From Alphaproteobacteria bacterium UBA3773 (GTDB taxonomy: Bacteria > Pseudomonadota > Alphaproteobacteria > RF32 > CAG-239), in assembly GCA_002372275.1 (NCBI GenBank), contig DFFP01000013.1, positions 15,603 through 79,602 of the forward strand: a stretch of DNA of 64,000 bases. The letters are read 5' to 3'. The notes under the pieces are model-generated. The model made no database searches. It was not told where the DNA came from and saw only the letters and a list, made by a program, of their open reading frames with translations. Below, one piece after another: positions 22,180 to 33,253 of this stretch; within the stretch, counting starts at the first letter, position 1, and each line of letters starts with the position of its first letter. A program made the position numbers and the translations under genes.

Positions 22180-22674
22180 TTAAAATGAGTTTTCGGTTTG
22201 ATATTGTTCTAAAAGTTCATCTGTTAAAACGATTTTTGCTTTTAAAATATTATCAAACGGCGTGATATATTCTTTTTCATCCATTAAAACATGGACATTA
22301 TGTTGCGGATCAATGGCTAACAATTTACCTTTAATGCGCTTACGTTCATCAACAGCTTCTTTTGTTTCAAGTTTCACTTCATTTCCTTGAAAACGAGCAA
22401 AGTGCTCAGGCTTTGTTAAGGGTCTGTCAATGCCGGGAGAACTGACTTCAAGCGTATATCGTTCTGAAATCGGATCTTTTTCATCTAAAATTTTAGAAAG
22501 TGCACGACTGACAACAGCACAATCATCCACATTTATTTCTCTTGAGCCGTCTTTTAAGTCAATCATAACCTGAAGTGTTTTGCGCACATTTCCCGTTAAA
22601 AGAACGCGAACGGTTTCATACCCCATAGAATCGAGTATCGGCTCAATGATTGACGTTAAATCGTTTTGCGACAT
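22180..22674 (-). CDS. rimP: Ribosome maturation factor RimP
   Basis: RimP family protein lying upstream of nusA. Confidence 0.85.
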   Translation of the reverse strand: MSQNDLTSIIEPILDSMGYETVRVLLTGNVRKTLQVMIDLKDGSREINVDDCAVVSRALSKILDEKDPISERYTLEVSSPGIDRPLTKPEHFARFQGNEVKLETKEAVDERKRIKGKLLAIDPQHNVHVLMDEKEYITPFDNILKAKIVLTDELLEQYQTENSF

Positions 22675-22823
22675 ACTTTGTTATCCTTAAAAAAATCAGC
22701 GGAGCTTTAACTTAAGCTCCACTGAAATAATATTTTTTATCGTTGTCAAGAGGTATAGCTTAAAAAAAAGCATATTGCAAGGTATTTTTTGATATTTTTT
22801 CAAAAAAATATATCCCGACACAA

Positions 22824-23789
22824 TTAAAACTCTCTTTTAATCTCTCGCTCAAACATACTTTTGATGGTTGTTTGAATATCTTGACCCTCGTACACAACCT
22901 GATAAAGCGCCTGGCAAATAGGCATATCTATATTTTCTTTATCGGCAATTGCTTTCACGGCTTTAAGTGTTGCCGGTCCTTCAGCTGTTTTAGATGATTG
23001 TTCGCCTTTAGCTAAGCGCTCGCCATACAAACGATTATGACTGTTTTGTGAAAACAGCGTTGCTTCATAATCACCCAAGTGTGCCAAGCCGTACGCTGAC
23101 ATCGGGTTGCCGCCAAAGTGTTTAATCAATCTTCCGACCTCAACAGGAGCCCTTGCCATCAATGCGCCTTTTAATCCATACCAGCCAAGTCCGTCTAAAA
23201 TACCGGCTGCAATGCCAATCACATTTTTGAGCGCAGCCCCGATTTCATTTCCAATCACATCATTACCGTAATAAAAACGAATAAGTTCACTTTGCATGAG
23301 GTTAATCCAATGTTTCTTTTCATTTTCTTCACGGCTGTCAATCACAGCACAGGACGGAACACCTTTCATATAATCCTGCACGTGTCCGGGGCCACCGAGG
23401 CAGGCAAAATGAACATCATCTTGGACAATTTCCTGGGCCATAATATCAACCGGAATTTGAGCACTCGGCTCTTCCAACCCTTTAATAGCAATTAAAAAAT
23501 GGTGCCCTCTTAAATCATAGGTATTCAGCTGTTTAGCCAGCTCTCTCAAATGTTGGCAACCGATTGAAATAATCACACTGTCATTTTTTAAAATTTCATT
23601 CAAATCAGGGGTTAAAAACATATTATCACGCAAACTCAAATAAGAATTTTTGCGCGTTTCTTTGAGTTCCAAAAAATTCGGTGAAGTCGGAATATCATAC
23701 AAAATGACTTTATCAACGACATATTTTGAAGCATACCAACCCAAAAATGTTCCCCATCTGCCGCATCCGATAACAGAAAGTTGTTTCAT
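22824..23789 (-). CDS. NAD(P)H-dependent glycerol-3-phosphate dehydrogenase-like protein
   Basis: N-terminal Rossmann GxGxxG (VIGCGRWGT) and a C-terminal GLAHLGD...S..SHNRLYGERLAKGE pattern resembling GpsA. Confidence 0.65.
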   Translation of the reverse strand: MKQLSVIGCGRWGTFLGWYASKYVVDKVILYDIPTSPNFLELKETRKNSYLSLRDNMFLTPDLNEILKNDSVIISIGCQHLRELAKQLNTYDLRGHHFLIAIKGLEEPSAQIPVDIMAQEIVQDDVHFACLGGPGHVQDYMKGVPSCAVIDSREENEKKHWINLMQSELIRFYYGNDVIGNEIGAALKNVIGIAAGILDGLGWYGLKGALMARAPVEVGRLIKHFGGNPMSAYGLAHLGDYEATLFSQNSHNRLYGERLAKGEQSSKTAEGPATLKAVKAIADKENIDMPICQALYQVVYEGQDIQTTIKSMFEREIKREF

Positions 23790-23884
23790 AACAAACTCCT
23801 TTTAAAAATTGAAATAGATGGGTTCAGGTTAAATCGTAAAACAGAACATTGCAAATATATAATGACAACAGTTCACAGATAAGT

Positions 23885-24262
23885 TTAAGCCTCTTCATCT
23901 GACATATTCATTTTTTTATGACGATGATAACCTAAAAGAACACGAATATAATCAAATTTTTTAAAAGCCTCATAGGCGACTTCTTCTTTTTCAACATCAA
24001 ACGTATAAAAAACCTGATTTGCAATCGATTCAATTGCCTGATCTATATCAGAAAAAGCTTTTTTGTAATCGTCATTATAAGAAAATGATTTAAACAGGCG
24101 AGATTTTTGTTCATGGTATGCAGCGATAATCTTTGCGGCTTCATCCGTCGCGTTCTGATAGCCTTTTTCTTCCAAATCGTGCACAATTTGTGTCGTTGTC
24201 TTATAAAAGCACTTATGTGCCAATATATTACGCTGTGAAAGATTATTACTGTTGATAATCAT
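23885..24262 (-). CDS. Hypothetical protein (125 aa)
   Basis: ORF only. Confidence 0.3.
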   Translation of the reverse strand: MIINSNNLSQRNILAHKCFYKTTTQIVHDLEEKGYQNATDEAAKIIAAYHEQKSRLFKSFSYNDDYKKAFSDIDQAIESIANQVFYTFDVEKEEVAYEAFKKFDYIRVLLGYHRHKKMNMSDEEA

Positions 24263-24382
24263 AGAACTGCACCTTACTTCTTCTCAAGGCGTTATTGTAT
24301 ATTTTGTTTTTTTAAAACGCAAGTACAAAAAACGCCCGGCAGATTTTGTATAAAGAAAAAACAAGAAAATTGACAATCAAAA

Positions 24383-24688
24383 TTATTCTAAGGTAATAAT
24401 TTTTGAAAAACCGACGACATCAAAAATTTGTTTAATCGAATCGTTTGCGTTGATGATTTTCATTTTGTTGTTATAGGAAGATACAATTTTTTGAATCTGT
24501 AAGAAAACGCGAAGTCCAACCGAAAAAATATAGTCTACATCTTTAAAATCAAAGACAAGTTCTTTTACATGTTCTAAATCGACATTTTTTGTTAAATCAT
24601 CCATCAGTTCCGGAGATGTATTCGGATCGAGAGACCCGTCTAATATAACCGTTAAGCGATCACCATCTTGTACTTTTTTGATTTCCAT
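24383..24688 (-). CDS. STAS-domain protein (anti-sigma factor antagonist-like)
   Basis: About 100 aa with an SpoIIAA-like pattern. Confidence 0.55.
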   Translation of the reverse strand: MEIKKVQDGDRLTVILDGSLDPNTSPELMDDLTKNVDLEHVKELVFDFKDVDYIFSVGLRVFLQIQKIVSSYNNKMKIINANDSIKQIFDVVGFSKIITLE

Positions 24689-24766
24689 TGTTTTTTCCTT
24701 CTTGGTACTTTAAGTTACGACCTGTAAAATATTTTTATTTTATTTTGACGCTTTCTTTCAAAAATT

Positions 24767-26020
24767 TCAAGCAGTTTTTTTATGTTTTTTCTTGATAATT
24801 TTCGGTTGACCCGTTCCGTTGACAACTTTTTCATCAACCACCACTTCCTCAACATCTTTTTCATCAGGAACAGAATACATCAAATCAAGCAAAATACCTT
24901 CCATAATCGCACGCAAACCTCTGGCTCCGGTTTGGCGCGCTATAGCCAAACGTGCAATTTCTTTTAATGCCTCATCTGTCAAGGTAAGCTTCACATCATC
25001 CATTTTAAATAGCGATGTATATTGCTTTAAAAGCGCATTTTTGGGCTCTGTCATCACACTGATTAAGGCTTTTTCATCTAAGTCATTTAATGTGGCAATT
25101 ACTGGAAGCCGTCCGATAATTTCAGGAATTAAGCCGAATTTTAACAAGTCTTCAGATTGAACATTTTTAATTGTCTGACCAATACCGGCGCTTTCTTTAG
25201 CGTTTATTTTAGCACCGAAGCCAATCGAATTACCTTCTTTACGGCGTTCAATAATTTTTTCAAGTCCGGCAAAAGCACCACCGCAGATAAATAAAATATT
25301 TTTCGTATTCACATGCAAAAATTCTTGCTGAGGATGCTTACGACCACCTTGCGGCGGAACATTGGCTATGGTTCCTTCGATAATTTTCAAAAGTGCCTGC
25401 TGAACCCCTTCACCCGACACATCACGTGTAATCGACGGACCATCTGTTTTGCGTGTAATTTTATCGATTTCATCAATATAAACAATGCCGCGTTCTGCTT
25501 TTTGAATATCATAATCTGCCGCTTGAACAAGTTTTAAAATGATATTTTCGACGTCTTCGCCGACATAACCTGCTTCGGTTAAGGTTGTTGCATCCGAAAT
25601 AGCAAACGGAACATCCAAAATTTTAGCAAGTGTTTCGGCAAGCAGTGTTTTACCCGAACCGGTCGGTCCGATAAGAATAACATTTGATTTTGCTATTTCA
25701 ACATCTTGTTGTTCATTTTGAGAATTCAGTCGTTTATAGTGATTATACACGGCAACGGAAAGAATTTTTTTAGCATCATCCTGCCCGATCACATATTGAT
25801 CCAAAAAAGATTTAATTTTAGAAGGCGAAGGCAACTCCCCTTCAAAAGGAGGAATATTTTGTTTATTTTCTTTTAGTTCATCAGCGACAATGTTAATACA
25901 TACATCAATACATTCATCGCAAATATAAACACCCCTGCCCGCAACCAGCTTTTTGACTTCATTCTGGCTTTTACCGCAAAAAGAACAATGCAATGTCGGT
26001 TCGTTTTCTTTACTGCTCAT
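24767..26020 (-). CDS. clpX: ATP-dependent Clp protease ATP-binding subunit ClpX
   Basis: Zinc finger CSFCGK...C, Walker A GPTGSGKT and the ClpP-binding loop. Confidence 0.95.
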   Translation of the reverse strand: MSSKENEPTLHCSFCGKSQNEVKKLVAGRGVYICDECIDVCINIVADELKENKQNIPPFEGELPSPSKIKSFLDQYVIGQDDAKKILSVAVYNHYKRLNSQNEQQDVEIAKSNVILIGPTGSGKTLLAETLAKILDVPFAISDATTLTEAGYVGEDVENIILKLVQAADYDIQKAERGIVYIDEIDKITRKTDGPSITRDVSGEGVQQALLKIIEGTIANVPPQGGRKHPQQEFLHVNTKNILFICGGAFAGLEKIIERRKEGNSIGFGAKINAKESAGIGQTIKNVQSEDLLKFGLIPEIIGRLPVIATLNDLDEKALISVMTEPKNALLKQYTSLFKMDDVKLTLTDEALKEIARLAIARQTGARGLRAIMEGILLDLMYSVPDEKDVEEVVVDEKVVNGTGQPKIIKKKHKKTA

Positions 26021-26029
26021 AAAACACCC

Positions 26030-26659
26030 CTATTTTAATTCTTTTCTGTTTGTTATAATCTCATCAATAAGGCCGAATTTTTTAGCCTCTAAAGGCGTCA
26101 TAAAATTATCTCGATCCATCGCTTTTTCAATAACCTTAATTGATTGTCCCGTATTGGCGGCATATATTTCGTTTAAGCGTTTGCGCATATCCAAAATCAG
26201 TTTTGCCTGAATTTCGATATCTGCCGCCTGCCCTTTGGCTCCGCCTGAAGGCTGATGAATCATAATTTGTGAATTCGGAAGCGAAAAACGTTTTCCTTTA
26301 GCACCGCCGGCAAGCAAAAACGAGCCCATCGAACAAGCCTGGCCGATACACAGTGTCGAAACCTCAGGCGAGATATACTGCATTGTATCATACATAGCCA
26401 TTCCGGATGTAATCACTCCTCCGGGAGAATTGATATAAAGAAAGATATCTTTTTTCGGGTCTTCCGATTCTAAGAACAAAAGTTGGGCACAAACCAGCGA
26501 TGATACTTCATCGTTGACTTCGCCGGTTAAAAAGATAATGCGCTCTTTTAAGAGCCTTGAAAAAATATCAAATGAACGCTCACCTTTAGCTGTTTGTTCA
26601 ATCACCATCGGCACGAGCGTATTGTCATAAATTTCTAATGCGCTTTTTTCCATAACCAT
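26030..26659 (-). CDS. clpP: ATP-dependent Clp protease proteolytic subunit ClpP
   Basis: Contains the catalytic Ser motif GQACSMGS. Confidence 0.95.
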   Translation of the reverse strand: MVMEKSALEIYDNTLVPMVIEQTAKGERSFDIFSRLLKERIIFLTGEVNDEVSSLVCAQLLFLESEDPKKDIFLYINSPGGVITSGMAMYDTMQYISPEVSTLCIGQACSMGSFLLAGGAKGKRFSLPNSQIMIHQPSGGAKGQAADIEIQAKLILDMRKRLNEIYAANTGQSIKVIEKAMDRDNFMTPLEAKKFGLIDEIITNRKELK

Positions 26660-26736
26660 TCTCCGTAATTTTTTTTATTTTTAGCACATATTTAATCAAC
26701 AAATCGTAAATAAAAACAGGTAAATTTAAGATCTGT

Positions 26737-27543
26737 TTATTTCAGCCAATATTCAATTGTCGAAACAACACGCACCGTTTTATTGATTTGAGATGTTTCC
26801 GAAGCAGAGGGTGTTTGTTCGCGCGGTAAAATCGTAAACATACCTTGATTGGCATATTTAATGCGCCCGACTCTGCTGTTTGAACTTTGAGCAAACTGTT
26901 CAGCGGCTGCAATTGCATTTTTTGTTGCTTTTTCAAGCATTTCAGGTTTAATATCATTTAATTTTGTGAACAAATACGAAACAGGCGAACCATATTCTGA
27001 AGTAAAAATAATACCTTTTTTCACTAAATCGCCGGATTTGTTTAAAACATCTGCCACCAAATCAACATTTTCAGATTTGACAACAACTGTTTGATTTAAA
27101 ATAAAACGTATATTTCTTTCATTGCTTCCGTAAGGATTAGCGTTTAAGTCATTTGTTTCAAGTCTGCCTGTTGTAATTTCAGAATCCTTAAAACCGTTTT
27201 GATGTAAAAAATCTTTGATGATTTTTGTTTGTTCGGTAATTTTTCGTTCTGCCTCTGTCACATCATTTCCGGTGACGACATATTTCATTTCCCAAACAGC
27301 CAAATCCGCTTTCACATCCATTTCGCTCAAACCTTTAACCACAACGGTATTAAGATCCGTTTTGGCTTTATAATAAAAATACCCAGGAAAAAATCCTGCC
27401 AACACAACAGAAACGGCAAGCAAAATCGAGCAACTGCAAGCAAAATGTTTTGCTTTTTTATGAAAAGGTTTGCTATGAAAAGGCAATTTTTCAAAACGAG
27501 GATCACGAACATTTTTGTCATTTAAGTTTTCAATTTTAAGCAT
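26737..27543 (-). CDS. SIMPL/DUF541-like periplasmic protein
   Basis: N-terminal TM or signal segment and length consistent with BP26-like proteins; weak call. Confidence 0.4.
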   Translation of the reverse strand: MLKIENLNDKNVRDPRFEKLPFHSKPFHKKAKHFACSCSILLAVSVVLAGFFPGYFYYKAKTDLNTVVVKGLSEMDVKADLAVWEMKYVVTGNDVTEAERKITEQTKIIKDFLHQNGFKDSEITTGRLETNDLNANPYGSNERNIRFILNQTVVVKSENVDLVADVLNKSGDLVKKGIIFTSEYGSPVSYLFTKLNDIKPEMLEKATKNAIAAAEQFAQSSNSRVGRIKYANQGMFTILPREQTPSASETSQINKTVRVVSTIEYWLK

Positions 27544-27709
27544 TATTTATACTCCATTAAAAAAAATAATGCCTTCAAAGTATAATTTTAGATTAAAAGA
27601 GTCAAGTTTTTCAAACAAAATGATTTAAATCGGGGGAAAGGCATAAAGTTTTACTTGGCGTTTTTATTTTTTTTAAGTAGGTTAAAAGAAAAATAATAAA
27701 GGAAATCAT

Positions 27710-28633
27710 ATGAAAATCTCTGCAAAAAGCACTAAAACACCCACGACTTCTCATGAAGTCTTACAAAAAACAGTCTCAATTTGGCATAGTATTCAGGGTT
27801 TTATGTATTTTTTATATAAGCGTGTCCAAAATGACACGGTTTTACGTGTCGCATCATCTTTAAGTTACACATCTCTCATTGCTCTTGTGCCGGTACTGGC
27901 CATTGCACTTGCCGTTTTTTCGGCATTTCCGGTTTTTGCAGATGTTAGAGAGCAGGTTCAAAGCTTAATTATTTCAAATTTAATGCCTGATGCTGGTCAA
28001 GATATTGCGCTTTACTTTAACGAATTTATTCGAGCCACCGCAAAACTCACGACAATCGGCGTCGTCGGTATTGCCTTAACGGCGATTTTGCTTCTTTCAA
28101 CCATTGAAAACAGCTTCAATTTTATTTTTAAGGCAAGCAAAGCACGCCGCTGGACGACCAAAATCACCCTTTATTGGACTGTCATTACCCTAGGGCCTCT
28201 CTTAATCGGCACAGCGTTATCTTTAAGGGGGGTTGCCGCCTTTAATAATATGATGTCAGCCATTCCGACCGCGCAAGTTTGGATGGGTAAAATTTTGCCA
28301 TCCATCATTACCTTTTTGGCTCTTGTCGGTGCATACATTTTTATTCCAAATAAAAAAGTGGGGATTTTAAGTGCTTGTACCGGTGCATTAACCGCCCTTT
28401 TCCTTTTTTGGATTTTACGCTACGGATTTTCGCTGTTTATGCTTAAAAACAACACCTATAAAACGCTCTACGGTGCCGTTGCGGCTGTTCCGTTGACGCT
28501 TGTGTGGATGTATCTTTACTGGGCAGCTGTCATATTTGGAGCCGTTGTCACAGCCGCCTTGGATGAATATCGCGAGCTTGATCGCCGAAATTTGAACAAA
28601 ATTTTAGTCAAAGGTCAACCAAATCACAGATGA
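27710..28633 (+). CDS. YihY/BrkB family inner membrane protein
   Basis: Multi-TM protein with the N-terminal motif ...DT.LR.ASSLSYTSL.ALVP. Confidence 0.7.
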   Translation: MKISAKSTKTPTTSHEVLQKTVSIWHSIQGFMYFLYKRVQNDTVLRVASSLSYTSLIALVPVLAIALAVFSAFPVFADVREQVQSLIISNLMPDAGQDIALYFNEFIRATAKLTTIGVVGIALTAILLLSTIENSFNFIFKASKARRWTTKITLYWTVITLGPLLIGTALSLRGVAAFNNMMSAIPTAQVWMGKILPSIITFLALVGAYIFIPNKKVGILSACTGALTALFLFWILRYGFSLFMLKNNTYKTLYGAVAAVPLTLVWMYLYWAAVIFGAVVTAALDEYRELDRRNLNKILVKGQPNHR

Positions 28634-28718
28634 TCTGTGAAAAATTTAAAAAAGTTCTTGCATTAAGAACAAAAATAGAACATAAAGGACTTAACATTAA
28701 CTTGATTGGAAAAAACAC

Positions 28719-29747
28719 ATGGAAAAAGATAAAGCACTTGAAGCAGCTTTGAGCCAAATTGAACGTGCCTTCGGAAAAGGTTCGATTATGCGCCTCGGCC
28801 AAGATACAAAAATTGATATTGAAGCCATTTCAACCGGATCACTTGGAATTGATATTGCCCTTGGCATCGGCGGACTTCCCAAAGGCCGTATCGTTGAAAT
28901 CTACGGTCCGGAAAGTTCCGGTAAAACCACACTTGCCTTAAGCGTTATTGCTCAAAGTCAAAAAAAGGGAGGCACTTGCGCGTTTATTGATGCCGAGCAT
29001 GCCCTTGACCCCTCTTATGCCAAAAGAATCGGTGTTAATGTTGAAAACCTTCTTATTTCGCAACCCGATACCGGTGAACAGGCTTTAGAAATTGCCGATA
29101 CACTTGTCAGATCCGGGGCTATTGATGTGTTGGTCGTTGACTCGGTCGCCGCTCTTGTCCCGAAGGCAGAGCTTGAGGGAGAAATGGGCGATTCGCATAT
29201 GGGACTTCAGGCGCGTCTGATGAGCCAAGCTCTTCGCAAATTAACCTCAACCATTGCCCGTTCCAACACACTTGTAATTTTCATCAACCAAATTCGTATG
29301 AAAATCGGCATTATGTTCGGCAACCCTGAAACGACGACCGGCGGAAATGCATTAAAGTTTTATGCTTCCGTTCGTATGGATATTCGCCGAATCGGTGCGA
29401 TTAAAGATAAAGAAGATGTGATTGGCAACCAAACACGCATCAAAATTGTTAAAAACAAGGTTGCACCACCGTTTAAGACCGTTGATTTTGACATCATGTA
29501 TGGCGAAGGTATTTCCAAAACCGGCGAACTGATTGATTTAGGCGTCAAGGCTAACATTATTGAAAAAGCCGGTGCCTGGTTCTCATACAATGGTGAAAAA
29601 ATCGGTCAAGGCAGAGAAAACGCCAAAACATATTTAAAAGAGCATCCTGAAATTGCAGACGAAATCGAAAACAAAATCAGGGCTGATGCCGGTCATTTAA
29701 CAACCGAGATGATTGGTGATGACAATATGCCTGAAATGGATGAATAA
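28719..29747 (+). CDS. recA: Recombinase RecA
   Basis: Walker [10 protein letters not shown] and highly conserved RecA core sequence. Confidence 0.97.
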   Translation: MEKDKALEAALSQIERAFGKGSIMRLGQDTKIDIEAISTGSLGIDIALGIGGLPKGRIVEIYGPESSGKTTLALSVIAQSQKKGGTCAFIDAEHALDPSYAKRIGVNVENLLISQPDTGEQALEIADTLVRSGAIDVLVVDSVAALVPKAELEGEMGDSHMGLQARLMSQALRKLTSTIARSNTLVIFINQIRMKIGIMFGNPETTTGGNALKFYASVRMDIRRIGAIKDKEDVIGNQTRIKIVKNKVAPPFKTVDFDIMYGEGISKTGELIDLGVKANIIEKAGAWFSYNGEKIGQGRENAKTYLKEHPEIADEIENKIRADAGHLTTEMIGDDNMPEMDE

Positions 29748-29768
29748 TTTGATGAAATCAAGCAAAAA

Positions 29769-29797
29769 AGAGAACCTTTATCGGTTCTCTTTTTTTT
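29769..29797 (+). terminator. Rho-independent terminator after recA
   Basis: Hairpin agagaacc-tttatc-ggttctct followed by T7. Confidence 0.75.
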
Positions 29798-29826
29798 GTA
29801 TTCAAACCAAATTCAGACAAAAAATA

Positions 29827-29855
29827 TTGACTTCTACAAGATTTTTAACTATAAT
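29827..29855 (+). promoter_or_regulatory. Perfect-consensus sigma70-type promoter (TTGACT-17 nt-TATAAT)
   Basis: -35 TTGACT at 29827..29832, 17-nt spacer, -10 TATAAT at 29850..29855. Confidence 0.6.
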
Positions 29856-29861
29856 TTAGAC

Positions 29862-29924
29862 ATAAATTTAAGTTTTATGAATGTATTGTGTGGAATGAAT
29901 ATTATTTCATTTGTGTCTTTTTTT
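29862..29924 (+). ncRNA. Candidate ~60-nt small RNA or leader/attenuator
   Basis: Predicted start about 7 nt after the -10. A long-range stem (gacataaat / atttgtgtc) is followed by T7 at 29918..29924. Confidence 0.25.
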
Positions 29925-29972
29925 CAGGGTGAAAGACTTTAACGCAATACGTGTACCCATTGTTTTTTACCT

Positions 29973-30227
29973 ATGAAAACAAACACTAATGTACAAAACG
30001 TAGAAGAAGTTATCGCTATTCTCAAATCTTGTTACGATGGACAAACGTCCAAAGATGAGGTGAGAGAGAGTCTTTCCAGCGTGAGCGAATCTTTGTATAA
30101 CGACACCTTCTGGAAGTTGTATTACACAAGAAACGGCTATGAAAGCTTTAGAAGCTCGCACGGATATGACTACTACGATGGTTTGTTGAGTATTCTCAAA
30201 GAAACATCAAGGTATTATAACAAATAA
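29973..30227 (+). CDS. Hypothetical small protein (84 aa)
   Basis: ORF sitting between the promoter/terminator-like elements and a strong downstream terminator. Confidence 0.3.
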   Translation: MKTNTNVQNVEEVIAILKSCYDGQTSKDEVRESLSSVSESLYNDTFWKLYYTRNGYESFRSSHGYDYYDGLLSILKETSRYYNK

Positions 30228-30236
30228 TCTGCGTTT

Positions 30237-30277
30237 GAAAGAAGCAACTCTTTTTTAAGTGTTGCTTCTTTTTTTTA
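30237..30277. terminator. Bidirectional terminator between the convergent genes
   Basis: Hairpin agaagcaac...gttgcttct with T-runs on both sides. Confidence 0.7.
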
Positions 30278-31504
30278 TTTGATCATTTTTTGAGCCTCAG
30301 ATTGAAGTTCTGTAAGGCTCATTTTAAAATCAGATTTAATCCACATATCTTTTAAGCGACCTAAAACTTCTTTAATTGGTGAACAATCTGTCATTCCAAG
30401 GTCTATTAAATCTTTTCCATGAAGCGGAAACGAGGGAATCTGCATTTTATCAATTCGGTTAAAAAGGTCTTGAAGCTGATCTGAAAATTTATTTTGTTCA
30501 ACAAAAGAGACTAAAATTTTGTCTTTTACGAATTCAGAACCATGTAAAAACAAAACTTTTTGAAGATATGAAAAATCTTGTACTTTATTATTATCAAAAG
30601 AAAAACGTGCCAAATCAACCAAACGTAATTTTTGAACTTTTGTCAGTTTGAAACGTGTTGCGATGGAATCAGCTAAATTTTTATCAGGCCCAAACAACAC
30701 AAAAAGCCGCCGCACAATATCCGGTTTTTGATGATTTAAAACAATCAACTCGTCCAAAAATTGAAGTTTATTTGCATAAATATCATGCGGTAAAACAAAA
30801 TCCAAAATATCATTCTGGCGCATGAGTTCAATGGTTTTACCTGCGTTAGGCGTCGTTAAAATCTTAAAAAATTCTTCTCTGATCTTTTCTGTGGTCAATG
30901 TTTTTAAAAGTTCTCTATTCTCAACACAAGCTTGTAAAGAACGCTTATCCGGCTCGGTTTTGGAAAAAGTGGAATAAAATCTGAAAAAACGCAAAATACG
31001 TATCGGTTGTTCAATAATTTTTTCGTTTGGATTGTCAATAAAACGTACAATACCGTCTTTTAAATCATTGATACCGTTATAATAATCAAAAACATTGCCA
31101 TGTTCATCAGCATAAACGGCGTTTATGGTCAAATCACGTTGAGAAGCATCAGCATTCCAATCATCCGTAAACGATAAATCAGAATCCGTCAATTTATTTT
31201 GCACCTTTTTATGAAGTGATGAAACTTCCAAAACCTTATTATTGATAATCACACCTGTTCTGGCAAATTTGAACCCGAGGCTGACAGTTTTGAGCCCGTT
31301 TTCATTACAAGCCTCTAACAATTCGTCGGTTGATAAATCTGTTGCCAAATCAATTTCAAAACCTTTAAGCCCGGCCAGTGCATCACGCACGGCCCCACCC
31401 ACAAAACGCAAGGCACCGCCGTAGTCTTCAACGGCGCGAAATAATTTTAAGATAGACTGATCATCAATAATACGCGTGATGTCCAAATAGTTCGGTATCA
31501 TCAT
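30275..31504 (-). CDS. CCA tRNA nucleotidyltransferase / poly(A) polymerase family protein
   Basis: Pol-beta-like head domain GGAVRD...EIDLATD. Confidence 0.75.
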   Translation of the reverse strand: MMIPNYLDITRIIDDQSILKLFRAVEDYGGALRFVGGAVRDALAGLKGFEIDLATDLSTDELLEACNENGLKTVSLGFKFARTGVIINNKVLEVSSLHKKVQNKLTDSDLSFTDDWNADASQRDLTINAVYADEHGNVFDYYNGINDLKDGIVRFIDNPNEKIIEQPIRILRFFRFYSTFSKTEPDKRSLQACVENRELLKTLTTEKIREEFFKILTTPNAGKTIELMRQNDILDFVLPHDIYANKLQFLDELIVLNHQKPDIVRRLFVLFGPDKNLADSIATRFKLTKVQKLRLVDLARFSFDNNKVQDFSYLQKVLFLHGSEFVKDKILVSFVEQNKFSDQLQDLFNRIDKMQIPSFPLHGKDLIDLGMTDCSPIKEVLGRLKDMWIKSDFKMSLTELQSEAQKMIK

Positions 31505-31598
31505 TTTTTTATGCCTTTAATGACTAAAATCTTTGCTTTCTTTTAACATTTATTTTTTATAATGCAATTCAAATTTTTGATATATCAGAGGAAAAAAT

Positions 31599-32105
31599 AT
31601 GAAAAAAATACTGTTTACGGGATTACTCTTACTTGCCAGCAACGCAGCCGCCGTTGAAGTGCCGCAACTCATTGGAGATTATAACGATTGGTCAGCCTAC
31701 ACTTTTAAAGAAGGTAAAAATACCGTTTGTTATATTGCCTCAACCCCAAAACGTGACGAAGGAAACTATACCAAACGCGGCGACATATATGCTGTTGTCA
31801 CACATCGTCCTGCTGATAAAAGTTTTGATGTGGTAAATTTTGTTGCCGGATATTATTTAAAAGAGCATGCTAAATTTACCGTTAAAATCGGAAAAGAAAC
31901 TTTTCAAAATTTTTATACGGATCATGATAAAGCATGGACTTTTAATGATGAAGAAGATCAAAAGCTCGTTAAAGCCATGTTTCGCGGCGAACGTATGATT
32001 GTTGAAGGAACATCAAACCGCGGCACCGAAACAAAAGACACTTATTCTTTAAAAGGATTTGCCAAAGCCTACAAAGCTATTAACGCGAAATGTGGTAAAA
32101 AATAA
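31599..32105 (+). CDS. ialB: Invasion-associated locus B (IalB) family protein
   Basis: Signal peptide plus the conserved IalB domain; 168 aa. Confidence 0.75.
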   Translation: MKKILFTGLLLLASNAAAVEVPQLIGDYNDWSAYTFKEGKNTVCYIASTPKRDEGNYTKRGDIYAVVTHRPADKSFDVVNFVAGYYLKEHAKFTVKIGKETFQNFYTDHDKAWTFNDEEDQKLVKAMFRGERMIVEGTSNRGTETKDTYSLKGFAKAYKAINAKCGKK

Positions 32106-33163
32106 TGCAAAGCGAAATTATCGGTTTATCTAAAGAAGAACTCTTAAATATGATCACCGAAATGGGTGAAAAGCCTTTTCGTGCCAAACAGATTTGGCAG
32201 TGGATCTATTTTAAGGGCGCTTTAAGTTTTGATGAAATGACAGACTTATCAAAACCCTTTAGAGAAAAGCTGAAAGAACGTTTTAAGATTTCAAGACCTA
32301 AAATCATCAAAGAGCAAACTTCAAATGATAAAACCCATAAATGGCTTGTTGAATTTGAAGATGGCGAACGTGTCGAAATGGTTTATATTCCGGAAATTGA
32401 CAGAGGCGCTGTATGTATTTCGACGCAAGTCGGCTGCGCCATGGGGTGCAAATTTTGCCACACAGGTACTCAAAAACTTACTCGAAATTTGACTGCCGGT
32501 GAAATTGTCGCACAATTTATGCTTGCAAGAGATACTTATCATGAATGGCCTAGTCCGACAAGCGAAACACGTTTTCTTTCAAATATTGTCGTTATGGGTA
32601 TGGGCGAACCTTTGCAAAATGTCGACAACCTCATCAAAGCACTTCAGATATTATCTGACGGCGACGGCATTGCTATTTCAAAAAGACGGATCACCGTATC
32701 AACCTGCGGTATTGTACCTCAAATTAATTACGTTTTGGAAGAAACAGGCGTTAGACTCGCTATTTCGCTTCACGGCTCAAACAACGAAATCAGAAGCAAA
32801 CTTATGCCGATTAATAAAGTATATCCGATCGAAAAAATTATGGAAGCTTGCCAAAAATATCAATCTAAAGATGGCAGCCGATATGTGACATTTGAATATC
32901 TGATGATTGATGGGGTTAACGATCATCTTGAAAATGCAAAGGAACTTATCAAAATCTTAAAATCATATCATATTCGTGCCGGATTTAATTTAATTGCATT
33001 TAATCCATGGCCAGGATGTGAATTTAAGCCAAGCCCTCAACATCAAATCGAAGCCTTTGCTAAAATACTATCGAGCGCCGGGTTTGCCTGCCCCGTTCGC
33101 CTTGCCAGAGGTCAAGATATTTCGGCCGCATGCGGTCAACTTAAATCCGAAAACAAAAAATAA
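32105..33163 (+). CDS. rlmN: 23S rRNA/tRNA m2A methyltransferase RlmN (radical SAM)
   Basis: Radical SAM motif CAMGCKFC and a conserved C-terminal Cys. Confidence 0.9.
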   Translation: MQSEIIGLSKEELLNMITEMGEKPFRAKQIWQWIYFKGALSFDEMTDLSKPFREKLKERFKISRPKIIKEQTSNDKTHKWLVEFEDGERVEMVYIPEIDRGAVCISTQVGCAMGCKFCHTGTQKLTRNLTAGEIVAQFMLARDTYHEWPSPTSETRFLSNIVVMGMGEPLQNVDNLIKALQILSDGDGIAISKRRITVSTCGIVPQINYVLEETGVRLAISLHGSNNEIRSKLMPINKVYPIEKIMEACQKYQSKDGSRYVTFEYLMIDGVNDHLENAKELIKILKSYHIRAGFNLIAFNPWPGCEFKPSPQHQIEAFAKILSSAGFACPVRLARGQDISAACGQLKSENKK

Positions 33164-33253
33164 TTTTTGTTTTGAAATTATTTTATCAAATTATTTGACA
33201 AATCTTTTTTTTTCGTGCTATTTATACTTTATCAAAAACTTTGGAGAATTTAT

